NCBI RefSeq assembly: GCF_009914755.1
Contig: NC_060927.1
DNA from: the human T2T-CHM13v2.0 reference genome, Homo sapiens
Length of the DNA stretch: 64,000 bases
Direction: 5' to 3' (one strand)
Below the pieces are notes generated by a model. It did no database searches. It worked only from the letters and a program-made list of their open reading frames with translations, and had not been told where the DNA came from. The translations under genes and the position numbers were made by a program. Below are positions 30,706 through 42,906 of the stretch, piece after piece (positions within the stretch are counted from its first letter, which is position 1; the number at the start of each line of letters is the position of its first letter).

Positions 30706-32199
30706 CCCCGGCCCCCGCCCCGCCCCGCCCCGCCCCGCGCGCCCCGCCCCGCCCCGGGCTAGCCGCCCGCCGCCCGCCGCCCGCCGCCTTCAGGGCCTGG
30801 GAGCCGCGCGGAGGGGCCGTGGGAGGCACGGCCGGGCCGGGGCCGCCGAACAAAGACAGACCCAAGGAGGGATGGGGGGCCGATCCCGCTCAGGCGCGGG
30901 CCCAGCGTGGGGGACTGACGGCCTGGCCTGGAGTGGCGGCCGGGGACGGGCTAGAGGGCCCACGGGGGTGAGAGGGACCGGGGAACGGTCTGCGGGCTGG
31001 CTCTGCAGCCATGCAAAAGGGCAGCGGGATGGAGCGGCAGGCTAGGGACAGATGGAGGGATGGATGGGACAGGGGATGGAGCCCCAGACCCACGTGGTGC
31101 GAGGGAAGGAGGGATGGACAGACATACCAGCAGTCAGAAGGATGGAGTGAAGGCTGGCAGATGGCTGGAGGAGAGAAGGAGGGATGGAGGGCAGATGGAA
31201 GCACAGTTGGGTGTGACAGATAAATGGAGAGGGGAACCGATGGCCAAATGGATAAAGAGACTCCAGTGCCCGCGAGTACAGAACAAAGGGCGAGAAAGAA
31301 GAACGAACAAGAGAACCACCGACTGGGGCATGAGGTTGGAGCAGGTGGGCTTTGCATTCCTCTTGGTGAGAGCATACTTCCTAACTCCGCTGATTTGAAG
31401 GGGCCAGAGCCCCCATCCCAACTCTGGAGCTACCATGTGACCACAGTGAAGGCCTCAAGCCTGGCTTAACGTGTGGCTAACTTCAGAGAACATTTCCCAA
31501 AATCAGCCAAAGTATCCAGATCTGCCCTAAAGCACCGGCGAGTCGGGAGGAGGAAAGCGGGCACCTGTGAACACAGAGCGCTCTGCTTCCTGTACCTCTG
31601 AGCACCCAGGAAGTCCCTTAGGCGGTGAGATTCCTGAGCCCAAAGTAGGAGGGGCCCTCCTAACACAGCATCTCCCCAGGTCTCTGTCACTTTCTTTTTC
31701 AAAAGAAAAGCAAAGGCATGAGGCCTGTGAACACACATGTCACAACCAGCATGGACATCCTCTTTACACTTGAATTTCTAGATAGTTCCTCTCTGGCTTT
31801 GAACAGTGAAGGGCGTGGGATGCCATCTCCTCATTGACCTTCTACCTGGCCTAGCATGTGTTCTGTTCATGCCTTGAGCATTCGCTGGGATGGAAGAGCT
31901 ACAAAACAAGATGAGTTCAGGGGCATCAACAGCATCATAGCAGACTGTCATGAATCCCAGAGTAGATGCCCTCCCTAAAAGGTAATCAAGGTCACATAAA
32001 GTGACAATAATAAAAACAAGACCGCTGCTTTAAACTTAACTTCTATACAACATACAATGCTGGAAGCAATGACAGATTTTATAAAATCTGTCCAACACTA
32101 AAACAGGGGAGGGTGCTTTTGGTTAGATGCATTTATCTTGTTGCTTAATATCTCCTTTCATTTTTCCAAGAAGCGTGGTATATGGCATTGTTTAAACTG

Positions 32200-32400
32200 C
32201 TCTGAGCACTTTACCCGTAATAACTCATTTAATCCTTACAATAAGCCAATGAGGAAGATACTATTAACCCATTTTACAGATGAGGAACAGAGATAAGATT
32301 AAGATAACCCCAAGGTCACAGAGCTAGTAAGTGGGACAGCTGGGATTTGAACATAGGTATTCAGACTCCAGAGTCTAGACTTTCAACTGCCAGACTCTCC
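32200..32400 (-). mobile_element. MIR
   Basis: cccattttacagatgaggaa...aaggtcacagagctagtaagtgg. Confidence 0.8.
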
Positions 32401-32459
32401 TACCTCTCTACACAGAACACTAACAAGTCCACAACGTAAAAACAAGCTGTGAATAGTAG

Positions 32460-32950
32460 GTCTCCCTCCCTCCCAAGACTATCAATCTTCATTCCCAGAG
32501 GAAACCACTGGCAACAGTTTCCTTCCAGAAAAATGCAAGTATGCACATGCAAGCATATATCTAGATTCATAAGTTATAAATCTATATCTTTTTTATAACC
32601 AAAATGGAAGCATTTAATACCAATGCTGTACCTTCTTATTTCACTTAACATTATATCCTTGAAGATTTTTCCATATCAAAACATATAGATCTACTTTATC
32701 TTAAGGGCTGCAAAGTAATTCATTGTAAAGAGGTAATATAATTTAATTCACTAGCCTCCAACATTTATGTGGTTTCTAGACATTTTCTTATATAAATAAT
32801 GCTACCATAAGTATTTTTATATTTATGGCTTTCTTCATCTACACAAGCTAATCTCAGAATAAGTTTGGAGAAGAATTGTTGGCTGCATTTAAAAATTTGA
32901 TACATATTGCCAAATTGCTTTGCAAAGTGGTTACATGAATTTATATATAG
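32460..32950 (-). mobile_element. Old L1ME-type fragment
   Basis: Diverged antisense L1 3' pattern (tttcacttaaca...ttgccaaattgcttt). Confidence 0.6.
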
Positions 32951-33644
32951 CTGATATATAAATAATGGTTGATTCTGAAAATTTATATTTACGAAGTGAC
33001 ACATATCTGTATAAAATTCCAAGGCATGGGTAGAAAGGAAGTTTTGCTTTCTAATGATTAAAGCTAGTCAAACTGTCAAGTTTAGCTCCTTCCTTATGTC
33101 CTTTAACAATATCCTCAGCAAAAAAGGGCTAGTCAAGAATTTTTATCTGCAGTTTCTGTAAAAGGAATGTGTACCACATGAAAAAATTCCCTCCAGAATT
33201 TAGAACTAGGAACAGTCTGGCAGTTTTTCTTTACTGAATAGCAATTATATACCTTTCTCTCTTTTTGCTTTGGCTTCCAGGCTGCTCATAATTACATTTG
33301 GTGCTCAATCACAGCACCAATATTAGCCAATGAAGAAGCATCACTATTTTTATATTTATTCCTATTTCTATTTTAAAGACCTAATAGCATATATGCACCT
33401 TACACTGAACCCCTCAAATTTATTTTGGAAGTAGGTGGTATATATGAATAGATAAAATTTAAATGACCTTAAGATTAATAAAAGAGATTATACAAAATGG
33501 CTAAGGAGGGAACAATGGTCACAACTTTCATTCCCTTCCTGTTTGAAATATGTAAGAGACTTAATTATTTTTATTGCTCTTCAGAATCATTCTTAGAAGA
33601 TAATAAATTGGGGAAATTTCCCTCATCTGGGAACTGGATGGCAG

Positions 33645-33830
33645 GAACTAGAATTTCAAGGTAGAAAGGGGATTCAGCGATCATCTAAGCAAACCCATCA
33701 CTTTACAAATGAGGAAACTGAGGCCCAGAGAGGTGAGGTGACTTACCCGAGGCCACAGCTCTAGGAAATGACAGAGGCGGGACTAGAACGTGGGTAGCTT
33801 GAGGTCCGGACCAACGTGCTGTCCCACTGC
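33645..33830 (-). mobile_element. MIR (copy 1 of the tandem module)
   Basis: tttacaaatgaggaaactgaggcccagagaggtgaggtgactt. Confidence 0.8.
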
Positions 33831-33894
33831 ATGACACGCAACACAGACGACTTGGGGTGGCAGAAGAGAGGAAGAGAAGGTGACCCCACAGCCC
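33747..33894 (-). other. Candidate non-coding EIF4E3 exon (148 nt) with a MIR-derived donor
   Basis: Minus strand: ccttcttgttgtttttgttgctag|GGGC ... CTCGG|gtaagt. Confidence 0.5.
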
Positions 33895-33985
33895 CTAGCA
33901 ACAAAAACAACAAGAAGGACTTGAGGCACTCATAAATAATTAAGCAATTAGCTGCAGCAGCTACTCCCCTCCCCTCCAGCATCCA

Positions 33986-34031
33986 GTCACCAAGGCAACT
34001 TGGGCAGGGTGCCTGCTGGTTGCCTAGTAAC
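33986..34031. promoter_or_regulatory. RFX X-box pair 1 (GTCACCAAGGCAAC; GTTGCCTAGTAAC)
   Basis: Both match GTNRCC(N0-3)RGYAAC and are 19 nt apart. Confidence 0.65.
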
Positions 34032-34069
34032 AGTGTGGTCTGCTCCCCTGACATGCTCCCTAGGCATCA

Positions 34070-34215
34070 AAGGATTTGAGAGCCGGGAAGAACCTTAGAC
34101 AGGGATCACTTTTCCAACACCTTCATTTTCCAAATGAGAAAAGAAAGGCCCAGAGAAGCTGGGTAACCTGCCCAAGGTCACACAGCTATTCAGACACACA
34201 GCCAGGCTCCATTCC
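34070..34215 (-). mobile_element. MIR (copy 2 of the tandem module)
   Basis: ttttccaaatgagaaaagaaaggcccagagaag...gcccaaggtcacacagct. Confidence 0.75.
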
Positions 34216-34401
34216 CAGTTGCTTTCCATTGCACTAGGGCTGCCTCAGGGAGGCTGCAGATGGAGGAGAGGGGGAAATCGCTCTACAGTTCCTAGAAGAA
34301 TGAGAAAGTCAGAGCGAGCAAGCAGGCAAGAAAGAGACAGAAACCTGAGCACTCATATGCAATTAGCAGGAGCTGGTAATCCCATCAGCCCAACTTTCAT
34401 C

Positions 34402-34447
34402 ATCACCATGGCAACATGGGTGAGGTGGGTGCTGGTTGCCTAGCAAC
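34402..34447. promoter_or_regulatory. RFX X-box pair 2 (ATCACCATGGCAAC; GTTGCCTAGCAAC)
   Basis: One 1-mismatch and one perfect X-box, 19 nt apart. Confidence 0.65.
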
Positions 34448-34499
34448 AAGTGGTCCTCTCTCTTCTACTCACATCTGCTCCCTGGGAGTCACAGGAACA

Positions 34500-34620
34500 G
34501 CAGAATGATGACGTTGGAAGGGAAGGCAGGGGTCCTAACTCAGTCTCCTCCTTTACCCAATGAGGAACCTGAGGTTCAGGGACACTGGAAGTCACACAGC
34601 CACAGAGTTAGCTAGTGACA
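34500..34620 (-). mobile_element. MIR (copy 3)
   Basis: tttacccaatgaggaacctgaggttcag...gtcacacagc. Confidence 0.65.
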
Positions 34621-35068
34621 TTCCCTCCATTGATGGCCTCTGTCTCAACACTTTGGGAAGGGAGCCTTCCACTCAATAAAGGCAGAACATGGGAGGGAAT
34701 TGGCCAGTGGCTCCCTTGAAAGGAGGGAACACATGGTCTCTAATGTCAGAAAACCTGGGTCAAAGCTAGTTCTCCCTAAACCTGGCAAGCTTCCTACCCT
34801 CTCTGTGCCTCAGTCTCCACATATGAGGACTGGACATGCTAATGGTCTCTATCTCTCGAGTTATCGTTAGGATTAAATGAGAAAATGTATATGTCAAGTC
34901 CCTGGTATATAGTAAAGATACAGTAAATGTCAGGCGTTCATTCATTCCACACTCAATAAATATTTGTTGCATATCTGCTATGCAAATGCCACTGTTCTAA
35001 GCTCTCCAGGTTCATTAGCAATACAGACAAAAGAAATTCCTGTCTCTGGGAGCCTACATTCCAATAGA

Positions 35069-35069
<1 letters not shown>

Positions 35070-35102
<33 letters not shown>
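35070..35102 (+). repeat. (TG)n microsatellite
   Basis: About 16 TG units. Confidence 0.95.
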
Positions 35103-35104
<2 letters not shown>

Positions 35105-35282
35105 TTAAGTGTTTGTTGAATGGGTGGCGGAACTCATTGGCAATATGCTGTTTATGTTGCTGGGCTCCTTCTCTAACACTGAGAAGTTTCCTGTTTACAG
35201 GGTGTGATACTATAAATATGCAGGCCTGTCTTTTATGTGGGAACTCCGTTTTCCTTTAACAGCAAAAGAAAAAGGAAGGCAA

Positions 35283-35300
35283 TGGCCACTAGATGGCAGT
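35283..35300 (+). promoter_or_regulatory. Strong CTCF motif TGGCCACTAGATGGCAGT
   Basis: Near-perfect match to the extended CTCF consensus. Confidence 0.7.
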
Positions 35301-35984
35301 CTTCAGTGCCGGTAGGTACAGGGCACAGGAAGGGACTGACCTGGGGCAGAGGCCCTCACTGAAGCTTCCAGCAAAGGTGTGTTGCAGCTGGTCAGTCCTA
35401 GAGCAATGGCTTGGAAAGGTAGGGGAGACTTGACACTATTCTGGGATACTCACGGGTCAGGGGAGGCTGCGGTGTGGTTCAAGAGTGATTGCTTCAGAGT
35501 GAGACTGATCCCTGCTCTAACCAAGATCCTGCCATAGGTAAACCCTGTGACTCTGGGAAGTTATTAACCTTGCTGAGCTCCAGATTCCTCATCTAGGGTA
35601 CAGATAACAAGAGCACTCTCAAGGGACTGCTCTGAGCCATGTATAAGAAAACATTGTCTATAAAGCACCTTGCAAGTTGCACATAGAAAAAGCTCAACTA
35701 GTGTTATTTATCTAGATTCCAAAAGACCTCTGAAGATCTTTTAGGGGCCAGGCCAGGCCTCTCTTGTTCAGAGCTGCTAATGGAAGAGAAAGGGGCAAAG
35801 GAAATGGCATGTGTTAAGCATCTGCAGTGAGGACACTGAGGTCCATGTGGTCATTGAGCCTGGAAAATGTGGCCTTGAGGTTTGGTTGTCCCACTCTCCA
35901 CATCCATCCACCTATCAGACATTGAGTTCTCGTCCTGATCTGCCTGCAATCCGTGTGTTGGTCTTCCTTCTTTTTTTCTTTTTC

Positions 35985-36286
35985 TCTATTATTATTGTTG
36001 TTGTTTTTTTTGAGACAGAGTCTTGCTCTGTTGCCCAGGCTGGAGTGGAGTGGCACAATCTTGGCTCATGCAGCCTCGGCCTCCCAGGCTCAAGCAATCC
36101 TCCCATCTCAGCTTCCCCAGTAGCTACAAGCACATGCCACCATGCCCTGCTAATTTTTAAATTTTTTGTAGAGACAGGGTTTCACCATGTTGTTCAGGCT
36201 GGTCTTGAACTCCTGGCCTCAAGTGATCCTCCCACAACAGCCTTCCAAAATGCTGGAATTACAGACGTGAGCCACAGTGCCTAGCC
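35985..36286 (-). mobile_element. AluJ-like SINE
   Basis: Alu dimer consensus. Confidence 0.88.
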
Positions 36287-36289
36287 TGC

Positions 36290-36880
36290 TCTTCCTTCTT
36301 TATTCCCACTGGTGCCAGCCACTCCCAGTCCTCACTCCTGAGTCAGCCAAGCATGGCCTGGAGGACTGCAACAGCCTCCTAACGGGTCTCCCTGCTTCTA
36401 ACACCCGACCCTCTCATCTCCTGCCAGACAGCAGCCTGAACAACAGTCCTCAAACACTGGTTTGCTTCTGCCTGCTCTCAGAAAAAAACCCAGACTCTTT
36501 CTGGTGGCCAACAGTACTTGGCAACTTCTGGATCCTTCCTGCCTTTCCAAATCCATGGCTGATCTCTCCCCCTGCCTCAAAGCTTCTCTGTGGCCACAGG
36601 GCACCTGCATATGCTGTTCTTTCTCCTGAACTGCTAGTCCCTCCGCTTGCATGGCTGACTCCTTCTCCTGCCTTAGGCCTCCACTCTAAAGCAGGTCTTC
36701 TCCCCTTCCTCATTATTTTTTTCAGTGCACGTGTCAGCTGCACACATCAACTGCCGATCTTCCGAAACAGAATATCCAGTCCAAGTGGGGAGGGCCAGGC
36801 CTCTCTTATCCACCTTTGTCCACCCAGTGCCTAGTGCAGGGCCTGTCCATGGCTGGCACACCAGCAACATTTATTAAGGA
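36290..36880 (+). mobile_element. L2 fragment
   Basis: actgcaacagcctcctaacgggtctccctgctt...cccagtgcctagtgcagggcctg. Confidence 0.7.
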
Positions 36881-38362
36881 AACAAACTGGGTATACAGCA
36901 GATATTGGTTGAAAGGAAGAGTCTGTGACTTTGTCTCCTAATTTCTTGTCTTTCTCCTCTGCCAGTGTATCTTTCTCATGGACGGCATGTTGGTCTTCCT
37001 AAAAAGCACTTTTGTCCTATTACTTCTTTGTTCAAAAGCCCTAAAGCGCTGCCTGTTTCTCACAGGCTGAGGTCTGAAATCTGGAATCTAGCCTTTGAAA
37101 TTGTCCACACCTTGACCCCCTTTTTCAAATGCATTTGCGAGTATATTTCCAAATATATTTAGAGAGATATAATTATACACCTATATTTACATATACTTGG
37201 AATATATATGTTAAATCTATATATTTGGAGAAACAGCTATACATGGAAATATATATATTCCAAACAGATTTGTCCCTATTTCTTGGTGCATTTTCAGCTC
37301 TGCCACAACATGAGCTCCCGAAGACAGGCCTGGGCCCACCCCCTCCACCACTGTCTTCTGGGTTCCTAGCACGGTGTCTGGCACATGGGAGACCCAGCTT
37401 TACTGAATCAATGATGGGCTTACTCCCCACTTGGTAAACACACCATATGTACTCATATCTCCACACTTTTGCCTGAGACCTTTCTTCTCTCCTCTGACCA
37501 TCTAAATTGTCTAACCATCCTTCAAGGGCCAGGCCAAGTTCCCTCACAGGGAATCAGTCACCAAACACACCCCAGATAGGGACAAGAGATTCACAGAGTT
37601 CTAGAGACACAGCTGGGCAGTGCCCAAACTACCTTCCTGATTTAAAAAAAAATCTCTTCCCTGATTTAAAAAAAAAAAGTCCCAACGATGTCAGTATATA
37701 GGTTTTGTGGCCAGTCTAAGAGCTCTGATTAAAGACCTTTGTTGTGGCCACACAGAATTCCACTGATTGGAGGAGTAATGATTTGTATAACCAACTCCTC
37801 CTGTTAGGCACACAGATTATTACCAGTGATTGTGGCTATCATGTGCAACCCTGTAATAAACACTCTGCCAATCACTGGCTTCTTATCAAAGAGTAGTTCT
37901 GAACATTCCTGGCCAGCCAATCAATCAGAGATACAGAGATAGCTTACATCAGAAACTGGACTGAAGGGGAGAGCCGGCAGGCCTCAAATTGGTCTTCAGC
38001 AATTTTTAAAAGAAAGGAAACGATGAGCAGTAGGGAGGCAATGTGATCAGAGGAAAGTCCAAAAACATGTGCTTGAGCCAATGTCTAACAGCCATGTGCT
38101 TTGGGACAAATCGGTGAACCTCTGAGTCTCCTTTTTTCTCAATTAAAAAATGAGTGTGCCAATAACACCTGCTTTGCAGTGCTGCCTGAAGGATCAAATC
38201 AGGAACATTTGGTGAGGCTCTACATAAAAGTCAAAAAAAGGTCACCCAAGTGTTGATTCTCGTTTCCTTATCACAGTTCCTGGAGGGGATAACCCTACAT
38301 CTTCTCTGCTTTTTGAATACGAGTGTCCTCCTTTGTATGCTCGTTGGGGATCTAGAGACAGG

Positions 38363-38473
38363 TGGAGTGAACAACTGTCCCAATTTGCCTAGGACTGTTC
38401 CAATTTGAGCACTGAAAGTTCTGAGTCCCAGAAAACCCTTTGGTCCTGGGAAAACCCGAACGGTAGATACACA
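38363..38473. mobile_element. MER81-like (hAT-Blackjack) element
   Basis: actgtcccaatttgcctaggactg...agcactgaaagt...cccagaaaaccc pattern. Confidence 0.7.
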
Positions 38474-40348
38474 AGGAGCGGGTCCTGGAGCACTGCCTGT
38501 TCCAGAGGATTTCAGCAACCATCTTGGAGGCCTCTAATCCCCACTATGAGCTGATAACTGCTCGCCTAGTGGGATAAATCAACAGCAAGCAAGTCATTTG
38601 TTTACATCTAAGAAGCTGCTTTAAGGATAAGATTTTGTTTTGGGGATTTCATTTACGGTTCATAGATCATTTAGGGGAACATTTTGTAAGCCAGTTCTCT
38701 GAGGAAGTGTATTGTGCTTTCCGAAGCTTTATTTTAAGCTGAAATAATCATATTTATGACATAAGAAATCTTGATACAGAAAATATAAGCTGATTTGGCA
38801 AAATATTAGGAGGTTATGAGTCAGGCTGCAAAAAGACCTCCTGTACCATCTTTCCCTGTACCATATTTAACCCAAGCTTCCTGAGGGGTGGGGAGCTCAC
38901 CTTTGAGGTCCTCAGAGACTATTATAAAGTACTGCTCATGTACTGGGAAGTCAATAAATATCTGAATAATGAATCCTTCTGTGATTTAAAACCATTCATT
39001 AAAGTGTAGATTGAAATACTTTATAAGTCATTTACTTCTTAAGAGCTAAGTACACTAAAGTTTGAGAAGCCATTATCAATTGATGAACAATTAGTAAAGG
39101 AAAATAAAGCAATTCTTGAAAGGAAGCTGCATTATTTGTTTTCTAAAAAAAATCATAATTACATGACATTTTTAGAACTCTAACTACTGTGCAAAATGCA
39201 CCATTCAGAAACAGAAGGACACTTGCAGTGTTTAGGCCAATGAGACCCCTTCAGTTACTGAATCTCTTTTGTTTTACCATCAGCAGGAATTGCATACTCA
39301 CAATACAGAAAGATCCTGTTAATTTTTCACTCTTTTCCTGTTCATTCTTATTAGTTACATATTATCTACATAATGGCAGGTTGCACCTTATGGTATTTGC
39401 TTTAAATTTTCTTAGTGTTTGTGGTAAGACAGTATCTTATTCCCAGAGGCTAAAAAGATGCACATATTGATCATACTAGGTCATCATTACAAAAGAGGAG
39501 CTCTCATGGAGGCTATGATGAACATGGTATCCCTCAGATGACTTTATACAAGTATTTGATGTCACAAATATATACTGTGGTTGACAATGATCTTGGAGAT
39601 AGCTGAGTCACTTTCGTCCTTTCAAAACCTACCAGGTCACTCAGAAATACACTGTGAATTATCCTAAATTTGGGATGAGTCCCTATCATTCCTAAAATGC
39701 CTAAGGGTCATGTCTGCTTGCCTTATTGGACTAAAATATTTTATAACACATGAAACATAAATTTGTCAATTAAATGCAGTATCATGTTTTTCATAGTTTG
39801 CAAAAGCACAGTTAATGATGCAAATAATTTCCTATTTTTCATTCTGAGGGAAAATCATTAATAAAACCAAACTCCTTATTAGAATTGAAATTCAGCAGTA
39901 AGAGGGCACAAGCCACCCATAAAGGCAAGATATAAATTAGCAGTGAAAAAAACAAGCCAACTGATTATAACGTCCAGATGGAAATGAATAACTGAATCAT
40001 TCTTTGTCAAATCAAATAGCATCTTAATAAGTTGTTGCATCATCTCTGTTGATTCAATTTAACTGGAAGATATCAGAAAATGACTATGACCTGCACAAGT
40101 ATCTTCATTTCTCGTGCTCATTAGTATTTGGCCTATGAGTCCTCTCCTTTTATTTTGGAGGTGAATTCACCTCTAAAATGGTTTTTTGGTTTCTAATCCT
40201 CAACATCATCCCATGTTAAAAAGAAAACTGGCCCCAGGCTGGAATGAAATTATTGGAATTAAGAAACTGGGGCCCCAGTGGTTGGTCAAATCTTTTATCA
40301 GAGGAAGAATTCAAGCACTTCTTTTACCAGGCAAGCTGGTAAGTACAA

Positions 40349-40362
40349 GTTGTCATGGAAAC
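40349..40362. promoter_or_regulatory. X-box-like motif GTTGTCATGGAAAC
   Basis: Near-palindromic RFX motif in repeat-poor sequence. Confidence 0.4.
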
Positions 40363-41169
40363 AGGATGTATTCAAATTATATGAGGAATGACGTTCCCCA
40401 TCTAACTAGGTGTTCATCTCATCTAAATGGGGGGAGATTGGTGTAGCTGAAATCCATTATATTTTTTTCAAATCTGCATTAAAAACAATAATTTCCTTTA
40501 TTTTATATAGGAGTACACAGGCACAGAGCCTCACTCTCATAAAACGAAGAATTAAAATTACTTGCAAAAGAATTGGTGCGTAAATAAAAAGACATAAAAC
40601 GAAAATGAATCCTATGATATAAATCTATTGATGCATAGTGAAGGGTGGGAGAATGGAAATCAGATAATATAATACCTCCATCTATCATGGGACATATTTT
40701 TCTTCAATAGCATTAGTAACTAGTTTTTCTACAGAATGATCCAGGCCAGAGCAGTTCTCTGCAAGTTGAGGAGACTTGCTAATAGGTGTAATGTCACCAC
40801 CCTGATAACAGCAGAGCACCTTGTGAATCCACAGATTCCTAACAAAGAAACGCAATACTGTGCTAAGCAGGTACTTCCCACTCCTTAATAAGGCAATTGT
40901 TGAAAAACACATGGCACAAACTAATTTTGTGGGGAGGTTATTAGAGCATGAAGGGCCCATGAAGTCACAGCTCTACTTAAGAGGCAGCCTGAAGTTCTTT
41001 CTGGATCAAAGTAACCCAGAACATCTTTTCATTTTTTTTTTTTCAAGTGAAGATCATTTATCCACCTCCCTCCAAAAAATGAGAAGAAAACATTTTCATG
41101 TTTTACTGGTTAAAATGCTGAGGTCTTAATGAAACTCTTGTCCAAGCACTTAAGATAATAGTAATTCAA

Positions 41170-42255
41170 ATAAAAATACCAATAGCTCCAAAATCTACAA
41201 AGAAATTTTTTAATTCAACAATAAGAAAATGAACACCATGATTTTAAAATTGGACAAAAGACCTGAGCAAACATCTTGCTGATGATATACAGATGGCAAA
41301 TAGGTACCAAGAAAAGATGCTTAATATCATATGTCACTGGAGACTGCAAATTAAAACAATGAGATACCACTATACACCTATTAGAATGTCTAAATCCCGA
41401 AACGTTGGTAACACCAAATGCTGGTGAGGATGTGGAGCAACAGGAACTCTCGCTCAATGCTAGTAAGAATGCAAAATGGTACAGCCACTTTGAAAGACAG
41501 TTTGGCAGTTTATTACAAAACTAAACATACTCTTACCATATGATCCAGCAATTATACTCCTTGGTATTTACCCAATTGAGCTGAAAATTTACGTCCACAC
41601 AAAAACCCACACAGAGATGGTTATGGCAGCTACATTCATAAATGCCATAACTTGAAAGGAGACAAGATGTCCTTTAGCAGTCAGTAGATCAGTAAACTAT
41701 GGTACATCCAGACAATGGAATATCATTCACTGCTAAAAAGCAATGAGCTATTACACCATGAAAATACATTGGGGAAACTTTAATGCATATTACTAAGTGA
41801 AGAAGCCAATCTGAAAAGCCACATACTGTATGATTCCAACTAATATAACATTGCAGAAAAGGCAAAACTATGGAGACAGTTAAAGGATCAGGGGTTGTCA
41901 GGGGTTCAGGTGTAGGAGAGGAAGGAATGAATAGGCGGAGCAAAGATTTTTATGAAAATAAAACTATTCTGAATGATACTATAATGGTGGATACATGTCA
42001 TTGGACACTCATCAAAACCCATAGAATATACAAATCCGAGAGTGAGCCCTAATGTAAACTATGGACTTTGGTTGATAATGATGTGTCAATATAGGCTCCT
42101 TGATTATAAAAAATGCACTCATCTGGTGTGGCATGTTGATAATGGAGAAGGCTATGCATAAGTGAGGATAGGATAAATGGAAAACTCCTTGTACCCTCCA
42201 CTCAATTTTGCTGTGAACCTGAAACTGCTCTAAAAAAAGAAAGTCTATTAAAGAA
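41170..42255 (+). mobile_element. L1MC-type 3' portion
   Basis: ORF2 C-terminal and 3' UTR remnants, ending gctgtgaacctgaaactgctctaaaaa. Confidence 0.85.
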
Positions 42256-42906
42256 AAATATCAACAGCAACAATAGCTACCATTTTGTGAATCCTTAACT
42301 ATTCTCATCTAATTCACATATCAACCTGATGAGGTATTAACAAGTATGATTATCATCTCCCACTTTACACACCGGAGGCTCAAAATGGTTAAATAACATT
42401 CCCATCATCACCCAGCAAGAGGTATGGAGTTCAAACCCTAAGTCTGCCTGTGCTCCTAACAGTTGCAACTTCAGGAAACTTTAGGAAAAGTTTCACTTCT
42501 CCGAAGTCATCTCTATGATCTGGAAAATGAGGTGAGTCTTTGACTTATGAAAATATTCAAGTTATGCCCTAAATGTTCAAAACAGAGCACTGTGGCAGAA
42601 GGTGCTTGAATATCTGGTGTACAAAACATATGACCACCTATTAAATAAACAATTTAGAACCTGGAAAATATCAGAGTTCAACTACAAATTAATAGCAGTC
42701 TAATTTTTACTGTAAGGTGGGTTGAGCCACCTGCTTTTAGAGAGTGACTGCTTAAGAGGAATAAACCCTTGGATTCAAGAATCTCAATGAACTCCAATCA
42801 CAAAAAACATGAAGAAAATCACACCAAGGCAGGGCAAGGGCATAATCAAACTGCTACAGTGCAGAAAAAAAGACACATTTTATACAGAGGAACAAAATAA
42901 GAATTA

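Larger units (their letters stand above)
29950..31000. promoter_or_regulatory. CpG island / proximal EIF4E3 promoter with GC boxes
   Basis: Very high GC and CpG density around exon 1, with tandem CCCCG/CCGCCC (SP/KLF) repeats at ~30705-30790. Confidence 0.9.

Noticed and set aside
29819-30971. Long ORFs in several frames (348, 294, 177, 163 aa) over the EIF4E3 CpG island
   Set aside because: They are Pro/Arg/Gly/Ala-rich products of stop-codon scarcity in GC-rich DNA. The real coding segment is 30466-30641, in another frame.
31040-31260. GATGGA/GGAG-rich tract upstream of the EIF4E3 promoter
   Set aside because: Degenerate low-complexity sequence with no regular period or credible ORF.
37633-37678. 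Short tandem duplication cttcc(c)tgatttaaaaaaaa
   Set aside because: Ordinary slippage event with no functional indication.
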